From positions 320,001 to 384,000 of the forward strand of contig JBBQZX010000001.1 of the NCBI GenBank assembly GCA_038207335.1: a stretch of DNA of 64,000 nt, written 5' to 3'. Under the pieces are notes generated by a model, which did not search any database, was not told where the DNA came from, and saw nothing but the letters and a program-made list of their open reading frames with translations. Every line of letters begins with the position of its first letter. Position 1 is the first letter of the stretch. Positions 29,021 to 38,972 of the stretch are shown one piece after another. Source of the DNA: Chthoniobacterales bacterium (GTDB lineage Bacteria; Verrucomicrobiota; Verrucomicrobiia; Chthoniobacterales; Chthoniobacteraceae). Both the position numbers and the translations under genes were made by a program.

Positions 29021-32000
29021 ATGAAAACATCCATTGCGGTCCTGATGGCTCTGGCACTTGGTTCGCCGGCTTTCGCGGCCGACTATATCGGCGCGGCGGG
29101 CGTGCTTGAGCAGCTCGCGGCGGCGGCGAAAAGGACGCCCGGCGAGGAAAAAGAAAAGACACCAGCCGAGGCGTGGGCCGCTCGGCTGAAAGACTTCGCC
29201 CGCATTTCACCGACCCTCGAGCCGAAAGACGCCGCAGCTCGGTGGCTCACCCTTTTCGACGAATCGGACGTGCTCGCGGACTTCCGGCGGAGGGAGTACG
29301 ACCCGTCGGACCGCACGCCGGGCATGGCCGATCTCTTCGCCGTGCTGCCGCGCCCGGAGACTTGGGATGCCCTCGCGGCGGCAATCGCGGCGCGTCCCTT
29401 GAATGCAAAGGACGCCGTGCGCGGCAACGCCCTGCGGATGCTCGGCGAGATGCTGAGCGGGGACGTGGCGAAACTTTCGCCCACGATGAAAGACCTCCAG
29501 AAAGCCGCGGTGAGCGAGACGGCGACGGTGCCGATCAACGGCTACCGGACGAACGGCCTCGCCAGCTGGGTCGCCACGCTCACTGAGGATGCGGGCGTGC
29601 TGGGCCACTTGGAGGAGGAAATCGCGCGCTTTGAAAAGGGGGAGATGAGCGGGGGGTTGGAAGTGCCCGACCTTGTCACCCTCATCGGTGCGGAGAAAAG
29701 CGAGGCGCTGTTGAAGCGGCTGCTCAGCCTCGGCAGCGCCGAGCTTTACGTGCCGCTGGGCGATGCCACGCGGGAGCAGGCGGTGCGGCTCGCGACCGCG
29801 ATGGGCGCGGAGCTCAAGCGCCCGCATTGGGGGCTCATCCACGGCATCTCGTCTGCGGAGGTGGCGCTCTACGAGGTTTTCTTGAAGCGCTTCCCGCCGA
29901 CGCCCGACGAGATGACCCGCGACTATCAGCGCTCGCTGGCCGAGCACCTATACCTCTACGGCCTCATCGCCGCGGGGCGCACTGCCGATGCGGCGAAGCT
30001 TGCAATCGAGACCAGCGGACGCAGTGCCGAGCGCACATCGACCTTCTCCGACGTGACTCCCCTCATCAATGCCGGGCTCACATCGCAAGTGCAGGCCTTC
30101 ATGCGCGAGATGCTCTCGAAAGACCCCGGGCTCCCGTTCTGGGGCGAGTTCATCGGACTCTCGGCACGGGCGGGCGACGCACCCGGGGCCCTGGCGTTCT
30201 TGCGCGAGACCGCGGCCCGTCCGGGCCTCTTGCCCGAGGCGCGGGAAGAAGTGGAGTCGCGCCTGTGGGCCGCGCTCCTGGCGGCGGACGACGTGGAACA
30301 AGGCGTGAAAGTCCTTCACGAGGCGCTCGCTGCGAAGATGGCAAAGGCGGCTGCGAAGACCCCGGGAACCGGTCGCGTCCCCGGCCTCCCCGGCCTGGGG
30401 ACTTCCTCGCCCACGGTCGCGGACGAAGCGGCAGATCTCGCGCTGAAGCTCTGCGAACTCGGACGCCTCCTCCAGCGACCCGAGCTGATCGAGGAGGGCC
30501 TAAAGAACGTTAAGACCATCCTCGCGGAAAAAGGCGCGGGAGATTCGGACTCGAACGACGCGTTGGCAAAAACCACGACCCTGCTCCTGAACCTAAACCG
30601 CGGCGACGAAGCGGAAGCGCTCGCCCTCGCCAGCGCGGTCAAAGCCGCGAAAGCCGCGCCCGAGAACCAAACCTTCCGAGGGGCGCAAGACAGATACCTT
30701 TCCAGCCTCCTCACCATCTACCACCGCGCCGGACGCCCCGAGGATGTCGTAAAGCTCCTCACCGACGCGCCCGACTGGGAAGCCCTCGACCTCGCCGACG
30801 TGCTCACACGTTCCGCCGCAGGCGAACAGTCGCTCGGCTACCTCGCCGCCAGCTCCTTCGCCGCCACCGGGCGCAAAGACGAAGCGCGCAAGACCGTCAT
30901 CGCGCTCCTCAGCGTCGAAGGCGGCTTCGACCCCGGCTACGAGCTCCTCCTCCAGCTCGACGGCCAGGCCGCCATGCCCGCCCTCGACCGCCTCGCCGCG
31001 CGCGATCGCTTCGAGGAGCGCCCCCTCATTTGGAAAGCCAAACTCCATCTCGATGCCGGGCAGCTCGAGGACGCCGAGAAAACCATCCGTGCCGCCATCG
31101 CCATCGACCCCAGCGACGGCGAGCAGGGGAAGGGGACCCGCATGCGCGCCTACGCCATCCTCGGCGACATCCTCGAAAAACGCGGCGACCCGGCGCAGGC
31201 CAAAACCGTGCGCGGCGCCGTCGAGGCCATCCGGCTCTCCGAGGATGCCGACGACTGGTGGGAGGCCGGCCTCCTCACCCGCGCCGTGACAATGTACGAA
31301 GCCGCGCTCGGCCACTTCGCCGACGCCTACTGCATCCAGTCCCGCCTCGCCCTGCACTACTCCGAGCTCGGCGACGAGGCAAAAGCCGAGCTCCACTACC
31401 GACGCGCCTACGAGCTCATGCCTGAGAGCTTTGGCCGCGTCGAGAGCCACTGCTTCGGCTGCGAAGGCGTCTTCAATGGCACGCGCGCCCAGAGCATCGC
31501 CGACAAAGTCTTCACCAAGCTCGCCCAGACTATGCCCGACAAGCCCCAAGTCTCCTACCTCCTCGCATACCTCCGCGAAGAACAAGGCAACTACCAGGAA
31601 GCCGCAAAGCTCTACCGCGCCGCCGTAAAGCTCGACCCGCAATACCTCAACGCCTGGGAAAAGCTCCTCGCCCTCGCCTCCCGCATCGCCATCCCGCGCG
31701 CCGACCGCCAAGCCGCCGCCCTTGCGATCCTGCGACTCGACCCTCTCAGCCGCCACGGCGACCACGGATTCTCCGACCTCGGAGTGCGTGGAAAATACGG
31801 CTCCATCACCGACCTCCCTGCCCTCTGGAAAGTCCTCGCCGACACCGCCGCCCTCCGCAGCCCCCCGCGCGTCGAACTCTTCCCACTCACCGCCACCGCC
31901 GCCGACATCGAACGTCGCCGCAAAGCCGCCGCCGCCGCCGGGATGCCCAGCGACCCCTCCGTCTGGACGAACTCCCAATCCCTCCCCCCTGCCACCCCCA

Positions 32001-32062
32001 GCGCCGCCTTGGCCGAACATGTCTTCCTCACCGAACTCGCCCAAATCCTCCAAAGCCGCTAG
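29021..32062 (+). CDS. Large secreted TPR-containing protein
   Basis: Signal peptide MKTSIAVLMALALGSPAFA; helical repeats (AEKTIRAAIAIDP, AAKLYRAAVKLDPQYLNAW). Confidence 0.85.
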   Translation: MKTSIAVLMALALGSPAFAADYIGAAGVLEQLAAAAKRTPGEEKEKTPAEAWAARLKDFARISPTLEPKDAAARWLTLFDESDVLADFRRREYDPSDRTPGMADLFAVLPRPETWDALAAAIAARPLNAKDAVRGNALRMLGEMLSGDVAKLSPTMKDLQKAAVSETATVPINGYRTNGLASWVATLTEDAGVLGHLEEEIARFEKGEMSGGLEVPDLVTLIGAEKSEALLKRLLSLGSAELYVPLGDATREQAVRLATAMGAELKRPHWGLIHGISSAEVALYEVFLKRFPPTPDEMTRDYQRSLAEHLYLYGLIAAGRTADAAKLAIETSGRSAERTSTFSDVTPLINAGLTSQVQAFMREMLSKDPGLPFWGEFIGLSARAGDAPGALAFLRETAARPGLLPEAREEVESRLWAALLAADDVEQGVKVLHEALAAKMAKAAAKTPGTGRVPGLPGLGTSSPTVADEAADLALKLCELGRLLQRPELIEEGLKNVKTILAEKGAGDSDSNDALAKTTTLLLNLNRGDEAEALALASAVKAAKAAPENQTFRGAQDRYLSSLLTIYHRAGRPEDVVKLLTDAPDWEALDLADVLTRSAAGEQSLGYLAASSFAATGRKDEARKTVIALLSVEGGFDPGYELLLQLDGQAAMPALDRLAARDRFEERPLIWKAKLHLDAGQLEDAEKTIRAAIAIDPSDGEQGKGTRMRAYAILGDILEKRGDPAQAKTVRGAVEAIRLSEDADDWWEAGLLTRAVTMYEAALGHFADAYCIQSRLALHYSELGDEAKAELHYRRAYELMPESFGRVESHCFGCEGVFNGTRAQSIADKVFTKLAQTMPDKPQVSYLLAYLREEQGNYQEAAKLYRAAVKLDPQYLNAWEKLLALASRIAIPRADRQAAALAILRLDPLSRHGDHGFSDLGVRGKYGSITDLPALWKVLADTAALRSPPRVELFPLTATAADIERRRKAAAAAGMPSDPSVWTNSQSLPPATPSAALAEHVFLTELAQILQSR

Positions 32063-32119
32063 ATCGGAAGGCTGATAGCCGCTGAGCCAGGGACCCTTTG
32101 GCATCATTCGCGCACATCC

Positions 32120-32563
32120 ATGAAAACCCACTTTATTGCACTGCTTGTGATTGCAGCGTCCGCTTTTCGATCATTTGCCGCACCCTCACCGGAGTTCATT
32201 ACCCATCTTGGCACTTACCCTTTATCACACGATACAACCCTGCTGCTCGCCAAGGGCGACTCCGGCACGATTGAGCTTACCTTGCGAGGCGTGGTATCGC
32301 TGCCGGACGGGAAGGGCACCTACACACCCTCCACGGGCTGTGTCACGGCGTGTGCGCTCACACAGCCGTATGTCTTTTATTGGGACGTTGCCACCGGAAC
32401 GCTCTGGTGGGCTGCTCCCAGCCAGATTGGATTCATCGACTACCACACCCCGAATTCAACGAAGTCTGGAACTTGCACTTTCGAGCAAGGCACGAAGCTT
32501 TCCGGGCTGCCACCAGAGTTTGCCACCAAGATCAGGGAGGTCTTTAAACGAACCAATCCGTGA
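32120..32563 (+). CDS. Secreted hypothetical protein, lower GC than its neighbours
   Basis: Signal peptide MKTHFIALLVIAASAFRSFA; many A/T-ending codons. Confidence 0.7.
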   Translation: MKTHFIALLVIAASAFRSFAAPSPEFITHLGTYPLSHDTTLLLAKGDSGTIELTLRGVVSLPDGKGTYTPSTGCVTACALTQPYVFYWDVATGTLWWAAPSQIGFIDYHTPNSTKSGTCTFEQGTKLSGLPPEFATKIREVFKRTNP

Positions 32564-32680
32564 CGATGGGGACTCGCTGCAGCGACCGCTCCGTGCGTCA
32601 CCTTTCCACCCGCGCCGCACTCGGCGGGTGGTGGAGATTGGGGCCGTTTGGCGTTTCCTCCTGTCATCGGAACTGACAAC

Positions 32681-33954
32681 ATGACCCTGCACATCCACCC
32701 CACGAAACGAGTTCTCCTCCTTGCGTTCATCTTTCCGCTCCTTGCCTCCGCGGCCTTCGCGGCGGATTGGCCCGCGTGGCGAGGCCCGCTCGGCACGGGC
32801 ATTACGGAGGAGAAGGATCTCCCGGTAAAGTGGAGCGCGACAGAGAACGTGAAGTGGCGGGTGCCGCTCCCGGAGCCGGGGAACTCGACGCCCGTCGTCT
32901 GGGGCGACCGCATTTTCCTCACCCAAGCCGTGGGCGACCGCCGGACGGTGATGTGCCTGAGCCGCGCCGATGGGAAGCTGCTCTGGCAGCAGGGCGTCAC
33001 GGCAAAGGAGAAGGAGTCGAGCCACCCGACCAACCCGTACTGCTCGGCATCGCCGGTCACGGATGGCGAGCGCGTCATCGTGTCCTTCGCGTCCGACGGG
33101 CTCTTCTGCTACGACCTCGACGGCAAGGAGCTGTGGAGCCGCACCGATCTGGGGCGTCAAATCCACATCTGGGGCGCGGGAGTCTCGCCCGTGATCCACG
33201 GCGACCTTTGCTTTCTCAACTTCGGCCCCGGCGAGACGACCTACCTGCTCGCGGTGGACAAAAAGACGGGCCGGACGGTGTGGAAGCATGACGAAGAGAG
33301 CGGCTACGGACAGGCGACCAGAGACAAGCCGGGGAATCAGACTTTTGTCGGCTCATGGTCGACGCCGGTGGTGATGAGTGTCGAGGGAAAGGAGCAACTC
33401 CTCATGAGCTGGCCGGGCCGCCTCGCCGCTTACGACCCGGCGACGGGCCGGGAGATCTGGAGCTGCTCGGGGTTCACGCCGCTCGTTTACACCTCGCCGA
33501 TTTACGGCGACGGCATCGTCGCCGCGCTGTCTGGCTTCGGCGGAAGCGCGTTCGCCGTGCGCGCCGGCGGCAGCGGCGATGTGACCGAGTCGCGCCGCGT
33601 GTGGTTCCAACCGCACTCACCGCAGCGGATCGGCTCCGGGGTCGTGCACGAGGGGCACATCTACATTCAAAATGACCCCGGCACCGCGTGTGCCTCGACA
33701 TCAAGACGGGCGAGATCATCTGGCAGGAGCGCTTGCGTGGCGGGCAGAACTGGTCGTCGATCCTGCTCTCGGGGGACAAGTGCTACACCATAACGCAGGG
33801 CGGCGATTGCCTCGTCTTCCGAGCCAGTCCGCAGTTCGAGCTCATCTCCACCAATCCTCTCGGCGAGCGGAGCAATTCATCGATCGTCCCCAGCAGCGGC
33901 GAGCTTTTCATCCGCACGCACAAGAGCCTCTGGTGCATCGCCGAGAAGCGGTGA
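32681..33954 (+). pseudogene. PQQ-binding-like beta-propeller protein split by a frameshift (or a sequencing error)
   Basis: ADWPAWRGP...NSTPVVWGDRIF in the first frame; after NDPGTA (~33688) homology continues in another frame as CLDIKTGEIIWQERL...LFIRTHKSLWCI. Confidence 0.8.
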
Positions 33955-34026
33955 AGCTCACCGCTGGGATTGGGGTCGTCGCGTGAAAGTGAGGTCGCCT
34001 CATTCGCTTTACTCGCGTTGATTTTA

Positions 34027-35292
34027 ATGAAGGCAGTCTCCCTAATCTTCCTCTTCTCGACCGTTCCTCTTCTTGCGGACGACTGGCCGCAGTTTGGCGG
34101 GCCGAATCGTGATGGGGTTTGGCGGGAGACCGGCATCCTGCAGACCTTCCCGACCGATGGGCTGAAGGTCTCTTGGCGCGCGCCGGTGGGCAACGGATTG
34201 TCCTCGCCGATCGTGAGCGAGGGCCGCGTTTTCCTGTGCGACGCCGAGAGCAAGAAACCGCAGGCTTGGGAGCGCATGCACTGCTTTGACGAGAAATCAG
34301 GCAAGCTGCTGTGGACGCACACGGATGAGGTGAGCTATCCCGAATGGGCATTTAGCCCCGGGCAAGAGACCGGCCCGGATGGCACTCCTATCGTCGCGGG
34401 TGGGAAAGTTTATGCTGTGGGCAGGATGGGTAATCTGGTGTGTCTGGATGTCCGCGATGGCGCGGTGCTCTGGCGAAAGGATTTGCCGAAGGATTGCGGT
34501 ATCGGGGACACCTTCGGCACAACGCCTTCGCCGGTGATCGAGGGCAACCTCCTGATCCTCGTCACGGGCGGGCAACCGGATGCCGGCGTGCTCGCTTTTG
34601 ACAAGGACACGGGAAAGGAAGTCTGGCGAGCGTTGAGTGACACGTGGACTTACAGCTCGCCCATCGTCATCACCGCTGGCGGGAAAAGGCAGATGATCGT
34701 CTGGACGCCGGAGGCGATCACGTCGCTCGATCCCGCCACGGGCAAGACTTGGTGGCGGGAGCCGCGGAAGCTGCAAAGCGACTTCGCGGTGGCCGCGCCG
34801 ACGGTCTGGGAAGGGCTCCTGCTCGCGGGAGGTCTGATGTTTCAACTCGATCCGGATAAGCCGGCCGCTTCCGTGCTGTGGCCGGAGGATACTGTCAAGG
34901 CGCGCCGATCCCTCAGCAATACGTCGGGGCCGACGTTGAAGGGTGGTTACGTCTATTCCCACAAGTCGCAGGGGCGCCTCGCCTGCTTGGATGCCCGCAC
35001 GGGCCGGCAGGTGTGGGAGAAAGATAAGGTGACGGACACCAGGAACGGGGCCTGCCTCCATCTCATCTTCAATGGCGACAGCGTCTGGATCTTCACCGAA
35101 CAGGGCGATCTGGTCCGTGCGCGACTCACGGCCCGCGGTTACGAGGAACTGGGCCGTGCTCATCTGTTGGATCCCACCTGCTCGTTTGGCGGGCGCAAGC
35201 TGCTGTGGTCGCCACCCGCCTTCGCCGACCGGCATGTGTTTGCGAGAAGTGGCGAGGAACTGGTCTGCGCGTCATTGAATGCGATCCCGTGA
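34027..35292 (+). CDS. PQQ-binding-like beta-propeller repeat protein
   Basis: DDWPQFGGPNRDG, SSPIVSEGRVF, AFDKDTGKEVW, YSSP, WSPPAFADRHVFARS. Confidence 0.9.
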   Translation: MKAVSLIFLFSTVPLLADDWPQFGGPNRDGVWRETGILQTFPTDGLKVSWRAPVGNGLSSPIVSEGRVFLCDAESKKPQAWERMHCFDEKSGKLLWTHTDEVSYPEWAFSPGQETGPDGTPIVAGGKVYAVGRMGNLVCLDVRDGAVLWRKDLPKDCGIGDTFGTTPSPVIEGNLLILVTGGQPDAGVLAFDKDTGKEVWRALSDTWTYSSPIVITAGGKRQMIVWTPEAITSLDPATGKTWWREPRKLQSDFAVAAPTVWEGLLLAGGLMFQLDPDKPAASVLWPEDTVKARRSLSNTSGPTLKGGYVYSHKSQGRLACLDARTGRQVWEKDKVTDTRNGACLHLIFNGDSVWIFTEQGDLVRARLTARGYEELGRAHLLDPTCSFGGRKLLWSPPAFADRHVFARSGEELVCASLNAIP

Positions 35293-35516
35293 GCTCGTTG
35301 GGTTAGATGCAAGCCCGTTCATGTCATCCACCGAGCGCCTAACAATGCGCGGGTCAGATACGGAACCCGATACTGGCACGCCAACATCGAATGCTTTCCA
35401 AGTGGTGGTGGATCCCCTGATGCCGGTATCGAACTCACCAGCACCGCGAATCTCCAGCTACTTCGGGAACGCAGGAGCTTGAACGAAATGGCGGCGGTAC
35501 GGTCTGATTCCGACCC

Positions 35517-36503
35517 ATGTCGAACGCTCAGGAAATCACGCAACAGGTCAAAGAAAACAGTCAATGGATCGCGCCGCTGCAGGCGGAAATCGGGCGAGTG
35601 GTGGTGGGACAGAAATATCTCGTGGATGGGTTGCTCACCGCGCTGCTTACCAATGGACATGTGCTGCTCGAAGGGGTGCCGGGCTTGGCAAAGACGCTGA
35701 CGGTCAAAACGCTTGCGAGCTGCATCCACACGGGGTTTCAGCGGATTCAGTTCACGCCGGATTTGCTGCCGGCGGATTTGATCGGGACGCTGATCTACAA
35801 TCCTCGGACGGGGGAATTCACGACGAAGCAGGGGCCGCTATTTTCCAATCTGATCCTCGCCGATGAGATCAATAGCGCGCCGGCAAAAGTGCAGAGTGCG
35901 CTGCTGGAGGCGATGCAGGAGCGGCAGGTGACGATCGGGGATACAACTTACAAATTGGCCGATCCTTTTCTCGTGCTCGCGACGCAGAATCCGCTGGAGC
36001 AGGAGGGGACGTATCAGCTCCCGGAGGCGCAGCTCGATCGTTTCATGCTGAAGCTGCACGTCGGATACCCGACGAAAGTCGAGGAGCGCCAAATCCTCGA
36101 TCTCATGGGAACGAGCACGCCGAATCTCGACGTGACGCGGATCATCGAGCCGGCCGACATCCTGCGCGCGCGGGCGCTGGTGAACACGATCTACGTGGAT
36201 GATCGGGTGAAGGATTACATCGTGGATGTGGTCTTCGCGACGCGCGATCCGGGGGCTTACAAACTGAAGCTGGACGGCATGATCCGTTACGGCGCTTCGC
36301 CCCGCGCGACGATCGCGCTGACGCTGGCGGCGCGGGCACGGGCGTTCCTCTCAGGCCGCGGATACGTGACGCCGCAGGATGTGAAATCGATCGGCGCGGA
36401 CGTGCTGCGGCACCGCATCATCGTGAGCTACGAAGCCGAGGCAGAGGAGCTGACGAGCGAGCAGATCGTGGAGCGGATTTTCGCGGGATTAGCAGTGCCC
36501 TGA
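35517..36503 (+). CDS. moxR: MoxR-family AAA+ ATPase
   Basis: Walker A GVPGLAKT, RIQFTPDLLPAD, Walker B LADEIN, ATQNP, LPEAQLDRF, GASPRA. Confidence 0.95.
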   Translation: MSNAQEITQQVKENSQWIAPLQAEIGRVVVGQKYLVDGLLTALLTNGHVLLEGVPGLAKTLTVKTLASCIHTGFQRIQFTPDLLPADLIGTLIYNPRTGEFTTKQGPLFSNLILADEINSAPAKVQSALLEAMQERQVTIGDTTYKLADPFLVLATQNPLEQEGTYQLPEAQLDRFMLKLHVGYPTKVEERQILDLMGTSTPNLDVTRIIEPADILRARALVNTIYVDDRVKDYIVDVVFATRDPGAYKLKLDGMIRYGASPRATIALTLAARARAFLSGRGYVTPQDVKSIGADVLRHRIIVSYEAEAEELTSEQIVERIFAGLAVP

Positions 36504-36514
36504 CTGCGCCTCGC

Positions 36515-37414
36515 ATGGAAAACGCGCGCGACATTCTCAAAAAAATCCGGCGGCTGGAACTGAAGACGCGGGGCATCGTGGAGGCCGCGTTTGCGGGGCA
36601 GTATCGGAGCGTGTTCAAGGGGCGCGGGATGAATTTTGAAGAGGTGCGCGAGTATCAGCCGGGGGATGAGGTGCGGGCGATCGACTGGAATGTGACGGCG
36701 AAATTCAGCGAGGTGCATGGCGCGGCTTACGTGAAAAAATTCACCGAGGAGCGGGAGCTGACGGTGATGCTCGTGGTCGATGTGAGTGCGTCCGGAGACT
36801 TCGGGAGCGTGGAGCTGAGCAAGCGAGAACTTGCGGCGGAGGTCGCGTGCTTGTTCGCGTTCAGCGCGATTCGCAACAACGACAAGGTTGGGCTGATTCT
36901 GTTTTCGGATCACGTCGAGCATTTCATCACGCCGAAAAAAGGGCGCGCACACACGATGCGGCTGATCCGGGACATTCTCTTTTTCGAGCCGAAAGGTCGC
37001 GGCACACAGCCGGGGCCGGCGCTGGATTATCTCAATAAACTCGTGACACGGCGGTCTGTTGTTTTCTTGATTTCGGATTTTCAGACGCCGGATTTTTCAA
37101 AACAACTCGCGGTCACCAGCCGGCGTCACGACTTGATCGCGGTGCCTATCATCGACCCAAAAGAAGAGGCGCTGCCGGATGTAGGGCGGGTGACGCTCGA
37201 GGACGCGGAGACGGGCGAGCAGATCGAGATCGACACGTCCGACCGCGCGGTGCGGCAGAAATATCTCAGCGCGGTGGAACGGCGGGGCGAGGCGCGATTG
37301 CGCGATTTTCGCAAGAAGCGGATCGACGCGATTTCGCTGCGGACGGACGAAGATTACGTCCCGGCGTTGCGCACGTTTTTCCGAAACCGCGAGAGGCGAC
37401 TGATGGTCCGATGA
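36515..37414 (+). CDS. DUF58-domain protein
   Basis: FKGRGMNFEEVREYQPGDEVRAIDWNVTA, EEREL, VDVSAS, FLISDF. Confidence 0.93.
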   Translation: MENARDILKKIRRLELKTRGIVEAAFAGQYRSVFKGRGMNFEEVREYQPGDEVRAIDWNVTAKFSEVHGAAYVKKFTEERELTVMLVVDVSASGDFGSVELSKRELAAEVACLFAFSAIRNNDKVGLILFSDHVEHFITPKKGRAHTMRLIRDILFFEPKGRGTQPGPALDYLNKLVTRRSVVFLISDFQTPDFSKQLAVTSRRHDLIAVPIIDPKEEALPDVGRVTLEDAETGEQIEIDTSDRAVRQKYLSAVERRGEARLRDFRKKRIDAISLRTDEDYVPALRTFFRNRERRLMVR

Positions 37415-37956
37415 CATTCCTCGCCGCGCTCACCGCCGCCACGCCCGCACCTGCTGCGCCCGCAGCGACGCCTTCGCCGATCCGCGACATCGCGCCGCCG
37501 GTGGATGTCTTTCCGTATCCGCCGTGGATGGTTGCGACAGCAGCGGCGCTCGCGCTCGTGCTGCTCGGGATCGCTGTGTGGCTGGTCATCCGATGGGTGC
37601 GATCGCGTCCTGGTGCGCCGCCGCCGAGCGCGCGTGTCCTTGCGACCCGTGAGTTGGATGCGCTGCGGGAGCAGGTGGAAAAGATGCCGCCCTACAAGTT
37701 CAGCATCGCGGTGTCGGATGTACTCCGGCGCTTTGTGGGCGGTCATTTCGGGTTGCACGCCACGCGGCAGACGTCGCCGGAATTCCTCGCGGCGATCGGA
37801 GGCACGCCGCGCTTCAGCGACGACGATCGAGTGCTGCTCGCGAGCTTTTTGGAGAAGTGCGACATGATCAAATTCGCGCACGTCGAGGCGGACAGTGAAG
37901 ACAGCCGCGAGCTGCTCGGCAGCGCGGTGGCATTCGTGCAGGGGGCGCGCGCATGA
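37411..37956 (+). CDS. Membrane-anchored Bat-operon accessory protein (DUF4381-like)
   Basis: IRDIAPPV followed by a TM helix, QTSPEFL, CDMIKFA; ATGA overlaps on both sides. Confidence 0.8.
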   Translation: MTFLAALTAATPAPAAPAATPSPIRDIAPPVDVFPYPPWMVATAAALALVLLGIAVWLVIRWVRSRPGAPPPSARVLATRELDALREQVEKMPPYKFSIAVSDVLRRFVGGHFGLHATRQTSPEFLAAIGGTPRFSDDDRVLLASFLEKCDMIKFAHVEADSEDSRELLGSAVAFVQGARA

Positions 37957-38972
37957 AACTTTTCGGCGAGGATTCACTCACGTTTGCGCATCCGTGGATG
38001 CTCTGGTTTCTGCTCGCGCTGCCGCTGCTCGCGTGGCTCCGCGGACGGCGCGGGAGCGCGCCTGCGATCGTCTTTTCCTCGCTCGCGCCGCTGCGCTCGA
38101 GCGGGCGTCCACGCCATTCGCACGCGGGCTCGGTGCTGCTTAGCCTGCTGCTCGCGTCGCTCGCGCTTTTCATCGTCGCGCTCGCGCGGCCGCAGGAGGG
38201 CAAGCAGATGAGCCAGGTGCAGGCGAGCGGGATCGACATCATCCTCGCGCTCGATGTGTCGCGCTCGATGCTGGCGGAGGATTTCACGATCGGAAAAGAC
38301 CGCGTGAACCGGGTCGAGGCGGTGAAGGACGTGACGAAAAAATTCATCGAGGGCCGGCCGAACGACCGCATCGGGATCGTCGCATTCGCGGGCCAGCCAT
38401 ATCTCGTGAGCCCGCTTACGCTCGATCACGACTGGCTGCTGCAAAACATGGATCGCGTGCGCATCGGGCTTGTGGAAGACGGCACTGCGATCGGCTCGGC
38501 GATCGCTTCGGCGGCGAACCGGTTGAAAGAAAAGGAGTCGAAAAGCAAAATCGTGGTGCTGCTCACAGACGGCGATAACAACTCGGGAAAAGTGACGCCG
38601 GTCACGGCTGCGGAGGCCGCGAAGGCGCTTGGAATCAAGGTTTACACGATCGCGGCGGGGACGCGCGGATACGCCCCGATGCCGATGCAGGACATGTTTG
38701 GCCGCACCGTTTACCAAAATGTGAAAGTAGAAGTGGATGAGGAGACGCTAAAAAAAATCGCGGGAATCGCGAACGGGCAATTTTACCGCGCGACGGATTC
38801 GAAGTCGCTGGAGGACATTTTCGAGTCGATCGACAAGCTGGAGAAATCGACGGTCGAGCTGAATCGCTACACGCAATATCGCGATCTCTTCGCGTGGTTC
38901 ATCGCATCGGGTTTTGCGCTTCTGGCGCTGCAAGTCGTGCTCGCTCAAACAACGCTGAGGAGGCTGCCATGA
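37953..38972 (+). CDS. batA: BatA-like VWA domain protein
   Basis: FAHPWML N-terminal TM, MIDAS DVSRSM, SPLTLD, GTAIG, LLTDGDNN. Confidence 0.9.
   Translation: MKLFGEDSLTFAHPWMLWFLLALPLLAWLRGRRGSAPAIVFSSLAPLRSSGRPRHSHAGSVLLSLLLASLALFIVALARPQEGKQMSQVQASGIDIILALDVSRSMLAEDFTIGKDRVNRVEAVKDVTKKFIEGRPNDRIGIVAFAGQPYLVSPLTLDHDWLLQNMDRVRIGLVEDGTAIGSAIASAANRLKEKESKSKIVVLLTDGDNNSGKVTPVTAAEAAKALGIKVYTIAAGTRGYAPMPMQDMFGRTVYQNVKVEVDEETLKKIAGIANGQFYRATDSKSLEDIFESIDKLEKSTVELNRYTQYRDLFAWFIASGFALLALQVVLAQTTLRRLP

Noticed and set aside
35321..35482. Short ORF between the PQQ gene and moxR
   Set aside because: No recognisable motif, and it overlaps attC-like remnants; probably decayed sequence.
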